A stretch of DNA of 64,000 bases, taken from a virus. A program made the position numbers and the translations under genes. Within the stretch, counting starts at the first letter, position 1. The number at the start of each line of letters is the position of its first letter. Where the stretch lies: positions 15,772-79,771 of the IMG/VR virus record IMGVR_UViG_3300021469_000002. One strand, 5' to 3'. Below are positions 38,542 to 49,132 of the stretch, in pieces. A model generated the notes under the pieces. The model was given only the letters and a program-made list of their open reading frames with translations, had not been told where the DNA came from and ran no database searches.

Positions 38542-38774
38542 AATACAAAGTAAAAGTATCGGAGTGGTACCTAAAAAATAGACCTTCGCCAAATGCAAAA
38601 TTGCCAGTAAAATTAGATTCATCAGGAAAAAAAATCAAACTTATAGGAGAAGGAGATGAAGTAATAACAGGGAATATTCAGGGTATAGAAAATGATCCAA
38701 GATTTGTTATTGAAAAAGTAAAGTCGGTAAAGATTCCTAAAATAAACGAAAATATTAAAAATAAGGAGGATTAA
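38538..38774 (+). CDS. Hypothetical protein
   Basis: ORF in tail operon. Confidence 0.5.
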   Translation: MKYKVKVSEWYLKNRPSPNAKLPVKLDSSGKKIKLIGEGDEVITGNIQGIENDPRFVIEKVKSVKIPKINENIKNKED

Positions 38775-38780
38775 TGAAAT

Positions 38781-39392
38781 ATGGCTTTAAAAGCTGGAGC
38801 ATGGAGTGAAACTGCGTTGGTGACAATTACCAAGCACAATGGTTCAAATGTTGAGTTTGCAGCTTTAACAGAAACTATAGATATCGATATGGGCGACAAA
38901 GATATAGACCAAATACCCAGTGTAGCGGGGGGAAGATTAGTAAAAAAAGTAGCTCAAGATATTACAACAATTACTTTTGAAGGCTATCCAATAGATATAG
39001 ATTCTGCTGATGGAACAGGCGTTTCCCAGATGTTTGAAGGTGGAACATGGGATACTATTGAACCATTAGAAACCTATTCTAGTTTAGGCAGAGATTTATT
39101 TAGAGTAGCAATACTCTGGACTGATGACACATCAGCAACTTCTGCTGCTGGATCAACAGCTGCAGGAACTAATTCATATAGAATAGTATTTGCACATTGT
39201 TATATGACAAGCATGAAACCAAGTTTCACAGACGGTATATTAAAGTTTACATTCAGTTTTAAATGTCCAGCATTTAATCCTGAAAAAACAGCTAATATAA
39301 GAGAAGAATCAGGAGATAATACAGCACTTTCTGCTTTAAGTGCATATGATTCTACAAACTATCCTCCAAGAGGAACAAGTTATACGTGGTGA
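38781..39392 (+). CDS. Putative tail tube protein, paralog 1
   Basis: Position before chaperone/TMP genes; beta-rich; paralogous to next gene. Confidence 0.6.
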   Translation: MALKAGAWSETALVTITKHNGSNVEFAALTETIDIDMGDKDIDQIPSVAGGRLVKKVAQDITTITFEGYPIDIDSADGTGVSQMFEGGTWDTIEPLETYSSLGRDLFRVAILWTDDTSATSAAGSTAAGTNSYRIVFAHCYMTSMKPSFTDGILKFTFSFKCPAFNPEKTANIREESGDNTALSALSAYDSTNYPPRGTSYTW

Positions 39393-39398
39393 TAAAAT

Positions 39399-40037
39399 AT
39401 GACATTACCTGCTGGTGCATGGTCAGAAACTGCGTTGGTAGCGGTTGCCTATTATGGTAATGGTTCAGAAACTAATAACGATATACAATTTGCAACTTTA
39501 ACAGAAACTATTGACATAGATATGGGAGATAAAGATATAGACCAAGTCCCAAGTATAGCAGGAGGAAGACTTGTAAAGAAAGTTCCACAGGATATAACTA
39601 CAATAACATTTGAAGCATATCCAACCGATATAGATGTAAAAGGAGGAACAGGATTATCGCAATTATTCCATACCACAGAAGCTAATTGGGATGCTTCTGA
39701 ACCTTTGCAAGTAACGGCTTCAAGAAATAGGGAGCTTTATAGAATTGCAATACTTTGGACTGATGATACTAGCGTTACTACAGCAAATGGTGCGGTATCT
39801 TCGGGATCTAATGCTTATAGAATAGTATTTGCACATTGTTATTGTACTAGTATGAAACCAAGTTTCACTGATGGCGTCTTGAAATTTACATTATCATTCA
39901 AAGTACCGGCATTTAATCCCAATGGTGTTGCTAATATTATGGAACAATCTACAGATGGATCAGCATCTTTAAATGCATTAAATACTTATAATTCAACGAA
40001 TTACAATCCTAACTCTTCATCAGCATATACTTGGTAA
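39399..40037 (+). CDS. Putative tail tube protein, paralog 2
   Basis: Shares AGAWSETALV, LTETIDIDMGDKDIDQ, YRIVFAHCY, TSMKPSFTDG with paralog 1. Confidence 0.6.
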   Translation: MTLPAGAWSETALVAVAYYGNGSETNNDIQFATLTETIDIDMGDKDIDQVPSIAGGRLVKKVPQDITTITFEAYPTDIDVKGGTGLSQLFHTTEANWDASEPLQVTASRNRELYRIAILWTDDTSVTTANGAVSSGSNAYRIVFAHCYCTSMKPSFTDGVLKFTLSFKVPAFNPNGVANIMEQSTDGSASLNALNTYNSTNYNPNSSSAYTW

Positions 40038-40056
40038 TCAATTCAGTAAGGAAAAG

Positions 40057-40797
40057 GTGAATAGATTGAGAAAACCGAAGGTCTTGGTAGCTGCTCCAAC
40101 GTGGGAAGGGCATAAGTATATATTGGTTAAATATTTGCTTAGGGTTAAGAATCTTTCATATCCCAATTATTCCGTTTTATTAGTAGACAATGGAAAAAGT
40201 AAGTCTTTTAGTAAATGGTTAATTAGAAAGGGTATCAAAGTAATTAAAATTCCATACAGGGAAAATGTATTTGAAAGAATTGCCAATGCCAGAAACGCCA
40301 TAATCAACTATGTTCTTCAACATCCAGATATCAAGTATTTATTAAGTTTAGATACTGATGTAATTCCTCCTAGAAATATAATTGAAAGACTCTTAAAACA
40401 TAAAAAAGATTTAGTGGGGGCTTTGATTCATATGGGATTTGAAAAAAAAGTGCCGTGTGTTTTAAAAGATGGATATTTAATGAAAAATGGTATAAGAGGA
40501 TTATCTTATTACTCATGGAAAGAAATCAGAGAAATGAAAAAGAAAAAAGACTTGCATAAGGTATGGGGTACATCAGTTGCATGCTTATTAATTCATAGAA
40601 AAATATTTGAAGCAGGAGTAAGATTCCGTTATACTCCTTATTTTCATGTTGGCGAAGATATTTGGTTTTTTACAGAATGTAATGAAAAAGGTTTTAAATT
40701 TTATGTTGATTTAAGTAAACGCATTCCTCATTTTAATAAATCAAAAAAGAGGTGGTATAAATCGTTAATGAAACTCAAAACCAAGTTGAAAAAGTAA
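40057..40797 (+). CDS. GT-A fold glycosyltransferase in the tail module
   Basis: LVDNG, ARN, LSLDTDV, CLLIHR, GEDIWF. Confidence 0.8.
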   Translation: MNRLRKPKVLVAAPTWEGHKYILVKYLLRVKNLSYPNYSVLLVDNGKSKSFSKWLIRKGIKVIKIPYRENVFERIANARNAIINYVLQHPDIKYLLSLDTDVIPPRNIIERLLKHKKDLVGALIHMGFEKKVPCVLKDGYLMKNGIRGLSYYSWKEIREMKKKKDLHKVWGTSVACLLIHRKIFEAGVRFRYTPYFHVGEDIWFFTECNEKGFKFYVDLSKRIPHFNKSKKRWYKSLMKLKTKLKK

Positions 40798-41063
40798 AAC
40801 AATTTATAAAAGAACACAAACCAGATTTAAGTATATCAAGAGTTCCTGAAAAGACTCTTGAAATATTTAAAAAACTAGCTAAAGAAGAATTTTGTAATGA
40901 TTATGGCATGACTCTAAAATATTTAGTTGATTATGCTGTCCGAGATATAAAATTTCAAGAACTCTCCCAAAGAATAACAATACTCGAAAGAAAATTTTTA
41001 GAACAGGAAGAAAGAGAAATAAAAACATTAAGCGGGAGAGTTATACAAATTAAAAAAAAGTGA
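40761..41063 (+). CDS. Ribbon-helix-helix/coiled-coil protein with apparent ATC start (not in ORF track)
   Basis: 100 open codons; GAGGTG RBS then ATC; LSISRVPEKTLEIFKKLA. Confidence 0.5.
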   Translation: MVNETQNQVEKVKQFIKEHKPDLSISRVPEKTLEIFKKLAKEEFCNDYGMTLKYLVDYAVRDIKFQELSQRITILERKFLEQEEREIKTLSGRVIQIKKK

Positions 41064-41072
41064 GGTGAATAG

Positions 41073-41486
41073 ATGGTAGAAATAGAAGAGAACGAAATTA
41101 AAAAATTTGAAAAACATATGGGATTAGCACAAGAATTTAAAATAGGCGAAGATACTTTTAAGTTCTTGCCATTAAGAGCAGAAGACATTCCAGAACTATT
41201 AAAAGTAATAAGAGTTTTTACAACAAAAGTAAAGCCAGGAGAAGAAGAAAAATGGCTTGAAGCAATGGATAAAGAAACAATAGAGATTTTAGTTAAATTA
41301 ATCAAAAAAATGGTTAAAATATCTTATCCAAAATTAAGCGAAGAACAAATTGATAATTTTGTATCTGCCAACTTCATAGCATTATCAGTAGCGTTATTTC
41401 AGATAAATGATTTAGGAGCTAAAAAAGTAGGAGCAATAAAAGAAAGGCTAGAAAAATTAAGAGCAGCAAGAAGATCTAAAAAATAG
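41073..41486 (+). CDS. Tail assembly chaperone
   Basis: Position between tail tube and TMP; FKIG...FKF.PL. Confidence 0.6.
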   Translation: MVEIEENEIKKFEKHMGLAQEFKIGEDTFKFLPLRAEDIPELLKVIRVFTTKVKPGEEEKWLEAMDKETIEILVKLIKKMVKISYPKLSEEQIDNFVSANFIALSVALFQINDLGAKKVGAIKERLEKLRAARRSKK

Positions 41487-41495
41487 AGGAGGAGA

Positions 41496-41705
41496 ATGCT
41501 AAAGATACAAGAGATAATAGAAAAACATAAAAAAACCGATTTAGCAGTAATACATCATAACTTAATGAAATTTTATGGTTGCTGGATACCAATAGAAGAA
41601 TTCAGAAAAATACCTATTCCAACATTAGTAAATTTGATATCATATATAAATGAGGATTTAAAAAAACAATTAAAAACACCAAAAGTCCCGAAAATAAGAA
41701 GATGA
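41496..41705 (+). CDS. Second tail assembly chaperone segment
   Basis: W..EEFRKIPIP pattern, directly before TMP. Confidence 0.55.
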   Translation: MLKIQEIIEKHKKTDLAVIHHNLMKFYGCWIPIEEFRKIPIPTLVNLISYINEDLKKQLKTPKVPKIRR

Positions 41706-41709
41706 AAAT

Positions 41710-43935
41710 ATGCCTGAAGCAACTAGTAGATTAAGGGTTTTGATAGACTTTATAGTAAGAAATTTGGGAGATGTAGGTAGAGCTGGTTCTGCATTAAATA
41801 ATTTACTAACAGATGCACAAAAAACAGGAATTACTTTTTTAAGAACTGGGGCTGCTGTTAAAAAAGGAACACGTGGTTTCTTAACAACAGCAGAAGCAAT
41901 AGGAGAAATTGCGAAAATTCAAACTTTAAGCAAAATGAAAATGGATGCATACAAAGATATGATGGAAACCTTAAGATTAACTTCTGACGAACTTGAAGAA
42001 AAAATGAGAGTGGCTCATATAGAATTAAAAGAGGGGGGAATATGGTGGGATAGGATAAGAGGTAAAGAATTATCTGTTAGAGAAGCTACGGGAATATTAG
42101 GCAGGACGATGAAGAGATTTAAATTCGAATTGCTTGGAGTGTTGTTTTTTGGTCAACAATTAGAAAGAACATTAAGAAGTTGGTTAAAACCAGCTATGGA
42201 GGCTTACGGAATTTTTGATATGTGGAATTCGATGTTAATGGTTGCATTTATTCCAACTATGGAAGATTTAGCTCCTATTCTTTATAGCATAATGTATTGG
42301 TTTATGGATTTGCCAGATCCTATTAAAGAAGCTATAGGATGGTTATTAGTAATAGGAATGGTTGCAGGAAAAGTTTTGGAATCGTTTGCAGTTTTGGGAT
42401 TAGGCATAATTAGTTTAAAATTTACATTTCCTTGGATAGTAAAATTGGGTGGTATATTTGGAATTACAAGTACTGGAATAAAAGGAGCAGTTGATGGTGT
42501 TATAAGAACTTTAGCAGGAGTTGGTCCAACTACTGCCATAACCGCAAAAGTTGCTGCAATTGCTCTTTTTAAATTTGCAGCAGTTGCTGCTATTGTTGGT
42601 TTAATTGTTTATTCTGTATGGAAAGAAAGCCAACACGCTATAAGTTTGTCCCAAAAAATGGAAATGGATAAAAGGAAAAAAGATTGGGATTCTTTCAGAA
42701 CTCATGCTTTGATGAGATCAATTGAAATGCGAAGTTTAATTCCAAGAATTATTCATAGGATGTTATATACTGTAGGAAGTATTGTTCTTTCGGTTGCTGA
42801 ATTTGTTGTTACAGGTCTTTGGGAAATGGCCGGTTGGGTTCTTCAAGCATTTTTGTGGCTTCCTAAACAAATTTTAAATGCATTAAAAGAAATACCCGGT
42901 ATTGGTGATACTTTTAAATCTGCATTAGAGGCAATTGAAAAAGCAGAAGCAAACTTTTTAACATTTCATGCTCAAGTTAGTGCCGAAATTTCTAGACGGT
43001 TTGCTGATGCATCAGTAAATGCAGCATATAATTTTGAAAAAGCAATGCAAGACATGAGATATGAAACAACTAAGCAAATGTTAGCAATGGGTATTCCAAT
43101 CAAAGAAATTATAGCAGAATACGGAAAAGAAGAAGGAGCCTTAAAAGCTTTATATCAGGCTGCAAGTGAAGGAAAAATTTCAATGACTGAATTACAAAAA
43201 GCATTAGCCGAACAAACAGAAGCAACAGAAAGTTCTACTTCTGCTTTGGATATATTAAATTCTAATATTTATAATGTAAGCGAACAATTAAAAAGCTTTG
43301 AAAATATTGGAGAACAAGCATTTACGACTTTAGTTGATCAGAGCCAATATACTGCTAATGCATTAACTGCTGATTTAAATGAATTTATATCAAATGCTTC
43401 ATCTAAATGGAATTTTATTCAACAAACAGCAGAAAACGCTTCAAATGAAATACAAACCAACTTTTCTGCTATGACAATAAATATAACAGATCAATTAAGT
43501 AATTTTCAAAGCCATGCCGAAGCAAATATAACTACTGTTAATACAAAATATCAAGAATCATTAAATCAAATGGTAAATTCTACAAAAAACGCTGTTGCAA
43601 AAATAAACTCTGAATTAGATAAAATTAAAAAATCTATAACAACTACGCATACCATAATTGTAAAAAGAGTATATAGAACATTTTGGAGATTTGGTGGTTT
43701 TACGTTTTTCCAAGCAGGTGGAATTGTTATGAGACCAACTCTTGGAGTTCTGGGGGAAAGAGGACCAGAAGCAGTTATCCCTTTAAGAAAATTAAAGGGT
43801 TTAGGTGGGGTTACCATAAATTATAATCCAACCATAAATATAACAGCAGAAATAACCCAAGAAATTGATATTGATAGAATGATGTCTAAAGTTGATGATT
43901 ATATTGTTGGAAAATTAAAATCGATGGTGCATTAA
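41710..43935 (+). CDS. Tape measure protein
   Basis: Long helical protein with hydrophobic core; C-terminal FQAGGIV.RPT...GERGPEAVIPL. Confidence 0.88.
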   Translation: MPEATSRLRVLIDFIVRNLGDVGRAGSALNNLLTDAQKTGITFLRTGAAVKKGTRGFLTTAEAIGEIAKIQTLSKMKMDAYKDMMETLRLTSDELEEKMRVAHIELKEGGIWWDRIRGKELSVREATGILGRTMKRFKFELLGVLFFGQQLERTLRSWLKPAMEAYGIFDMWNSMLMVAFIPTMEDLAPILYSIMYWFMDLPDPIKEAIGWLLVIGMVAGKVLESFAVLGLGIISLKFTFPWIVKLGGIFGITSTGIKGAVDGVIRTLAGVGPTTAITAKVAAIALFKFAAVAAIVGLIVYSVWKESQHAISLSQKMEMDKRKKDWDSFRTHALMRSIEMRSLIPRIIHRMLYTVGSIVLSVAEFVVTGLWEMAGWVLQAFLWLPKQILNALKEIPGIGDTFKSALEAIEKAEANFLTFHAQVSAEISRRFADASVNAAYNFEKAMQDMRYETTKQMLAMGIPIKEIIAEYGKEEGALKALYQAASEGKISMTELQKALAEQTEATESSTSALDILNSNIYNVSEQLKSFENIGEQAFTTLVDQSQYTANALTADLNEFISNASSKWNFIQQTAENASNEIQTNFSAMTINITDQLSNFQSHAEANITTVNTKYQESLNQMVNSTKNAVAKINSELDKIKKSITTTHTIIVKRVYRTFWRFGGFTFFQAGGIVMRPTLGVLGERGPEAVIPLRKLKGLGGVTINYNPTINITAEITQEIDIDRMMSKVDDYIVGKLKSMVH

Positions 43936-43936
43936 T

Positions 43937-44341
43937 ATGACTAATAATATAACTTTAACAAAATCGGGAATAGGAACTGTTAGAATATTTACTGAGAAAG
44001 TAGAAGAAGTATATGAAAAGAAATTAAATTTTATAAGAATACCTAGACCAAAAAATAAATGGGGATTGGGAGCAAAAACACAAATAGTTGATTTTTTAAT
44101 AATTGTCAAAATTTTTAATATACATGGTTATATTACAGGTTATGGAGGAGATAATGCTCAACAACAAAGGGCAAAATTAAGACAAATGATTGAAGCCGGT
44201 GGTGGAGTAACATTAAATTATGATGGAACAAATTATAATGTTAATTTTAATAAATGTAGCATAACTGAAGAAGGAACAGATGAAGATACTCCTCAAGAAT
44301 ATGGAGTAATGTTATCTTTAGTAGTAGGGGGAGATAGATGA
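43937..44341 (+). CDS. Putative distal tail protein
   Basis: Immediately after TMP; small beta-rich protein. Confidence 0.5.
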   Translation: MTNNITLTKSGIGTVRIFTEKVEEVYEKKLNFIRIPRPKNKWGLGAKTQIVDFLIIVKIFNIHGYITGYGGDNAQQQRAKLRQMIEAGGGVTLNYDGTNYNVNFNKCSITEEGTDEDTPQEYGVMLSLVVGGDR

Positions 44342-47300
44342 AAACTAAATATAAATATATGGGAGCAATAGGAACAATTGTTATTCTTATTGTTTTAGTT
44401 ACTACTTTATATCCAAAAGATTATCGTGCTATATTAGACCAGTATCCTAATGCTACTTATATTCTATTGGATTTTAAACAAAATGAAAAAATAGAAGTTT
44501 TAACCAAAGGTATATCAGATTATTTAAGATGGAAATATGATAAAGATAAATTTGTTTTATATTCGGGAAGATATATTGCTGCTGAAGAAGATTGGCTAGT
44601 TTATTACAAACGAAATTGGCTTTCACTTGATAAGGTCAATAATTTAAGTATTTGTAGTAGAATAACTCCAACAAGATGTTATGTCGATAATTATTATGAA
44701 AGATTAGCAAGAAAACCAAGCTTAATTAAACTTTATTATACTAATACAACAAATAGTATAACAATTATCAAAGAGACCCCCTATTATGCTTATTCATATC
44801 CATCAGGGAGCGGCGGGATTTTAATTCAAAAAGCAACAATAACAGAAAAATCAACAATTTACAATTTTCCAGAAAATTATGAAATTCAATGGATTCCATC
44901 TTCTCAAAGACAAGATAACATACATAAATTAGTTTGGCGGATTCAACATTTGGAATTCATTGAAAATTCGCCCAAAGGATACTTTAATGATACTGATTCG
45001 GTTAATTTCGGAAAAAATGTAAAAATTGTTTGGAAAGATGCTATGGATCAATTTGATTTTGGATATGCATTTGAGAATGAAAGTAAAATGATGATTTATT
45101 TCAAACCACAGATTGGTAATCAAACTTTAAACGTGAGAATTTTTGATCCTGTTATAACTTTGTATTTAGACGGCTTGTCTCAAAATAGATATTATGAAAC
45201 AGGTTATCAAATAAATGCTACAGGAATATCAGATAGTGGTGATGTTTGTTTATCCATCTATGCAAAAGGATATGGAGCTAATTATACTTGTGGAACAAAT
45301 AATGTAGAAGTTGATTGGACTGCTTTTACTAATCAACATATGTTTAACGATTCTACTGAATTGAAACAAATTTCTGCAAATACAACAGTATATATTGAAT
45401 TTCATAATGAAAGCATAGTTTTACAAGATGCTAAATGGAATTTTACTGGCATTCCTGCAAGTGGAGCAAAACAATTTTCAATTCATGCTTTTAATGATTC
45501 AAGTTCTATTAAATATCTTGTTTGGTCTGGTGGAAATGAAGGTCAAAATAAAACAGTTTGGATTAAAATTCCTAAAGAAGCCAATGTAACAAACGCTGTT
45601 TTAGATATTTATAGCAAAAAATTATTAAATACTACAAGCAGTACTGCTAATTACGATTTGGGAGTACAAACTTATGCTCGTTATGCAACTTCAAATGGAA
45701 GCCATTTTGTTAATATTGAAAAATATGGATTTGGTATAAGTTATGCTCGATTTTTTTATTATGATATGTCTGATGGTAGTTATGATGGTTATTGGGAACC
45801 TGAAAATTGTACTGCATATAGTGATGGTGGATATTATTGTTCTAGAATAGATTATGATGGAAATTATTATTGGATAATTGATAGTGCTTATAGAGAAATT
45901 CAAAAATATGATTCTGATGCTAATGGAAGAAATTTTATTGGCAAATGTGTTTATTCTGGAATGACTACTAATGATCCAGACGGACTAGTTCATGCTGATA
46001 ATGGATATATTTATATTCCAAATAGCGATGATGGATTATTTTATAAATACGATACTAATTGTAATTTAATAGAAACTATAGATATGTCAGATTGTGTGTT
46101 AGGGGATGGACCTTTAGACATAACTGATCACGGAAGCGTATTTTATTTAATAACCGGCATGTGGAATGATAGAAAAATATGCATTTATGATGATTATGGA
46201 GAAACTTTTATTGGACTAATTGATGTTCCAGACACAGAAGTAGAAGAAGCATTTGGAATAGCAAATCAAGATAATGATTTATATATTTGGATAAACGATA
46301 ATAGTCTAGATCCTGATTTTTGGAGATTTAATTTAAATTATGTAGAAAATCCATTTATGGATGCTACAAACGATACTGATATAGAATGGTCTCATAGTGG
46401 TGAATTTACCGAGGGCGAATCGCCCGAAACCACTAATAGCTGGCATATAGAGATTAATGACACTTTGCCCAATTGCGATTGTTCGGGTTGTAACTTAGAT
46501 GCAGATGGAAATTGTCATATACCTTTAGTTTTTGGAAGTGATGAAGTTGGTTATTTAAAAATAACTAACTTAGATATTGATTATAAATTAGGAGTGCCTA
46601 CTGATATAGATATAGATATTGGTAATGATGGAATTATTGACCATAGAATGCGTGGTTGGCTATATGGCAATACTTTACATCATTCTGAATTAAGTGATGG
46701 AAGCAAAACAAAGAATTTAACATATAATCAGGTTGAAGCAAAAACAATTTATTTTAATTTACCAAGAAAAAATATGTCTTATGCAACTTTTGAAGTCAAT
46801 GGTTTTAGAAATCCATTTAATCAAACTTATGAAAGTTGGAATGGTTTAATGTGTGCTTGCTATAGATCAAGTTTTGGACATATAGGAAGTTATATATATA
46901 GAATTGGAGGAATATGTATTAATTGTCCTGATAAAATTAAAAATGGAACTTTTGAATATGATCCTTCGACAGGTGAGGTTACAATGAAAGCTCAAGCTCC
47001 TGTTGATTTGGGTATGGACGTAAATGTTGTTGAATATAATGGAAATATTTATGTAAATGGAGGATATGGAAACCAAGAAAGTGGAAATCCGAATCCTGTT
47101 GCTGCTGTTTATAAATATGATAGAACAACAAATACCTGGACACAGGTAGGGAATAATAATCCAAAACCTGTTGCTGGAGGAAACAATGTAGTTATTGGCG
47201 ATGCTTGGTATATTCATGGTGGAATTAATAGTAGTGGAGATTATGTTCATTGGTTAATGAAATATAATTTTACGACGGGAACTTGGACTGAATTATCCGA

Positions 47301-49128
47301 AGATGGTTTTACTGGTAGTTGGTATGGTAAATTCAGGGGAGCTGCAGCTCAAAATAAAAATGATACATTTTTAGTTTGGGGTGGTATAAGAAAAGGTGGT
47401 ACTTATGCTAGCCCTTACACTTGGGAATATAATATAACTTCAGATACATGGAATACTAGTTTAGGAGATCAAGCAGATTTGTCTAGGGGCGGTCAAGGTG
47501 GAATAAAAATTGGAAATTATATTTATAGTTTCGGAGGCTTTTATCAATGGGGAAGTACTTGTTATAATGATATTTATATTTGGAATGATACTTCTAGAGC
47601 GTGGGAAAAAATAAATAGTACATTAGCTTATGCTAGCTGTTTATCTGATGCAGAAGAATTAGATTCTGGTGCTAATATATATCAGGTTTATATTCCCACA
47701 AGCGATTTTAGTTATTCATATATGTATGGTAGTGTAGGTTATTTTTATCCTGAAGATGCATATATTAATATTGGAGATGATGCAGACATAGAATGGAGTA
47801 AAACAAATGCTTTATATCAAACTGAAGCACTTTCAGATTTTTCTTCAGAACTAAATGAATATTTAACTAACGAATGTAGCCAAGATATTTGTTTAGTTCC
47901 TATTATAGTTTATTCCAAAGGCGGGATAGTTGAAATTAGTCAAATAAGTATTGAATATAATCCTAATCCATTTGAATTGAACACATCAAAATTTACCGAA
48001 TATATGCAAAATAATGTTATAGTACCAATATCAATAAATTCATCAAATTGGGAAGGCATTCTTAAAATTCACGATCTCGATTTTCCTTATTATGGTTCTC
48101 AGAACGTTACTATAATAGCACACACACCAAACTATGATACAAATGATACACATTATGCTTATATTGTATATTCAAATTTCTCTTTAAAAATTGCTTATGA
48201 TTTGCCTTATTTTGAATTCTTTCCAGACAGTAATTCATCTAAAAATGTGACTCCTTATGGTCAAACAGATAACATGCCTATTTTCAATTATACCTCTTTA
48301 GCTTACGATAAACCAATGAATATATCCATTTATTGGAATCAAACTGTTTGTCAACCCGGAGGAGTTGTACAAAATCATACAGTATTTTATGATGATGCAG
48401 AAGATTGGACTCATAATACAAATTGTCCAGTAGATTGCCCTTGGGATACTTGTGGAGCAGATAGTGACGGCACTTATTATTTGCAATCAATTAGCAATGG
48501 GATACAATCTGCTGCCAATGGTACTTATTATATAGGTGTTTGGGATTATGATGAAGATGAAGATTATTTGGTTAAACAGCTTGATTTAAGCGATTGTGAT
48601 GAAGCTTATGTAGGTTTTTATGCTAGTTGTGGAAACGAATTAGAAGACGGAGAACAAGGTGAAGTATATATATATAATGGAACTGATTTAGTTGAAATTT
48701 ATGATTGTAAAGACTCTGGAGAAGATGATGAAAACTGGCATTATCATTTAATAAGAATTTCCGATTATATTACTTTAAATGATCAATTTGAATTAAGATT
48801 AAATGGTAAGCCTACATTTACAAGAGATAATCATGAATGGAATCATTGGGATGCTATAAAAGTTATATGTCAAAACACAACCGTTACAACTTGCTATCCT
48901 AATTTAACTAATCAATATAATTGTACAAATATTACTTTATCTCTTACTAATTCAAAAAACGATGGAATAAGAGTAGAATATTTTCCAAAAACTTTTATTT
49001 CAAATCTTGATCCATATGCATATGTCGAGCAATGGGCTTGGGCCGATTTAGAAAATTGCTCTGGTAGATGGATTGAAACAAATTTAGTTTGGGAATCGTG
49101 TTGTACTGAATGTGTACCTTGTTGGTGA
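44338..49128 (+). CDS. Giant surface/receptor-binding-type protein with N-terminal TM and Kelch-like beta-propeller
   Basis: IYRIGG, IYVNGG, YIHGG, LVWGG, IYSFGG Kelch repeats; frequent sequons; Cys-rich C-terminus. Confidence 0.75.
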   Translation: MKTKYKYMGAIGTIVILIVLVTTLYPKDYRAILDQYPNATYILLDFKQNEKIEVLTKGISDYLRWKYDKDKFVLYSGRYIAAEEDWLVYYKRNWLSLDKVNNLSICSRITPTRCYVDNYYERLARKPSLIKLYYTNTTNSITIIKETPYYAYSYPSGSGGILIQKATITEKSTIYNFPENYEIQWIPSSQRQDNIHKLVWRIQHLEFIENSPKGYFNDTDSVNFGKNVKIVWKDAMDQFDFGYAFENESKMMIYFKPQIGNQTLNVRIFDPVITLYLDGLSQNRYYETGYQINATGISDSGDVCLSIYAKGYGANYTCGTNNVEVDWTAFTNQHMFNDSTELKQISANTTVYIEFHNESIVLQDAKWNFTGIPASGAKQFSIHAFNDSSSIKYLVWSGGNEGQNKTVWIKIPKEANVTNAVLDIYSKKLLNTTSSTANYDLGVQTYARYATSNGSHFVNIEKYGFGISYARFFYYDMSDGSYDGYWEPENCTAYSDGGYYCSRIDYDGNYYWIIDSAYREIQKYDSDANGRNFIGKCVYSGMTTNDPDGLVHADNGYIYIPNSDDGLFYKYDTNCNLIETIDMSDCVLGDGPLDITDHGSVFYLITGMWNDRKICIYDDYGETFIGLIDVPDTEVEEAFGIANQDNDLYIWINDNSLDPDFWRFNLNYVENPFMDATNDTDIEWSHSGEFTEGESPETTNSWHIEINDTLPNCDCSGCNLDADGNCHIPLVFGSDEVGYLKITNLDIDYKLGVPTDIDIDIGNDGIIDHRMRGWLYGNTLHHSELSDGSKTKNLTYNQVEAKTIYFNLPRKNMSYATFEVNGFRNPFNQTYESWNGLMCACYRSSFGHIGSYIYRIGGICINCPDKIKNGTFEYDPSTGEVTMKAQAPVDLGMDVNVVEYNGNIYVNGGYGNQESGNPNPVAAVYKYDRTTNTWTQVGNNNPKPVAGGNNVVIGDAWYIHGGINSSGDYVHWLMKYNFTTGTWTELSEDGFTGSWYGKFRGAAAQNKNDTFLVWGGIRKGGTYASPYTWEYNITSDTWNTSLGDQADLSRGGQGGIKIGNYIYSFGGFYQWGSTCYNDIYIWNDTSRAWEKINSTLAYASCLSDAEELDSGANIYQVYIPTSDFSYSYMYGSVGYFYPEDAYINIGDDADIEWSKTNALYQTEALSDFSSELNEYLTNECSQDICLVPIIVYSKGGIVEISQISIEYNPNPFELNTSKFTEYMQNNVIVPISINSSNWEGILKIHDLDFPYYGSQNVTIIAHTPNYDTNDTHYAYIVYSNFSLKIAYDLPYFEFFPDSNSSKNVTPYGQTDNMPIFNYTSLAYDKPMNISIYWNQTVCQPGGVVQNHTVFYDDAEDWTHNTNCPVDCPWDTCGADSDGTYYLQSISNGIQSAANGTYYIGVWDYDEDEDYLVKQLDLSDCDEAYVGFYASCGNELEDGEQGEVYIYNGTDLVEIYDCKDSGEDDENWHYHLIRISDYITLNDQFELRLNGKPTFTRDNHEWNHWDAIKVICQNTTVTTCYPNLTNQYNCTNITLSLTNSKNDGIRVEYFPKTFISNLDPYAYVEQWAWADLENCSGRWIETNLVWESCCTECVPCW

Positions 49129-49132
49129 TTAA

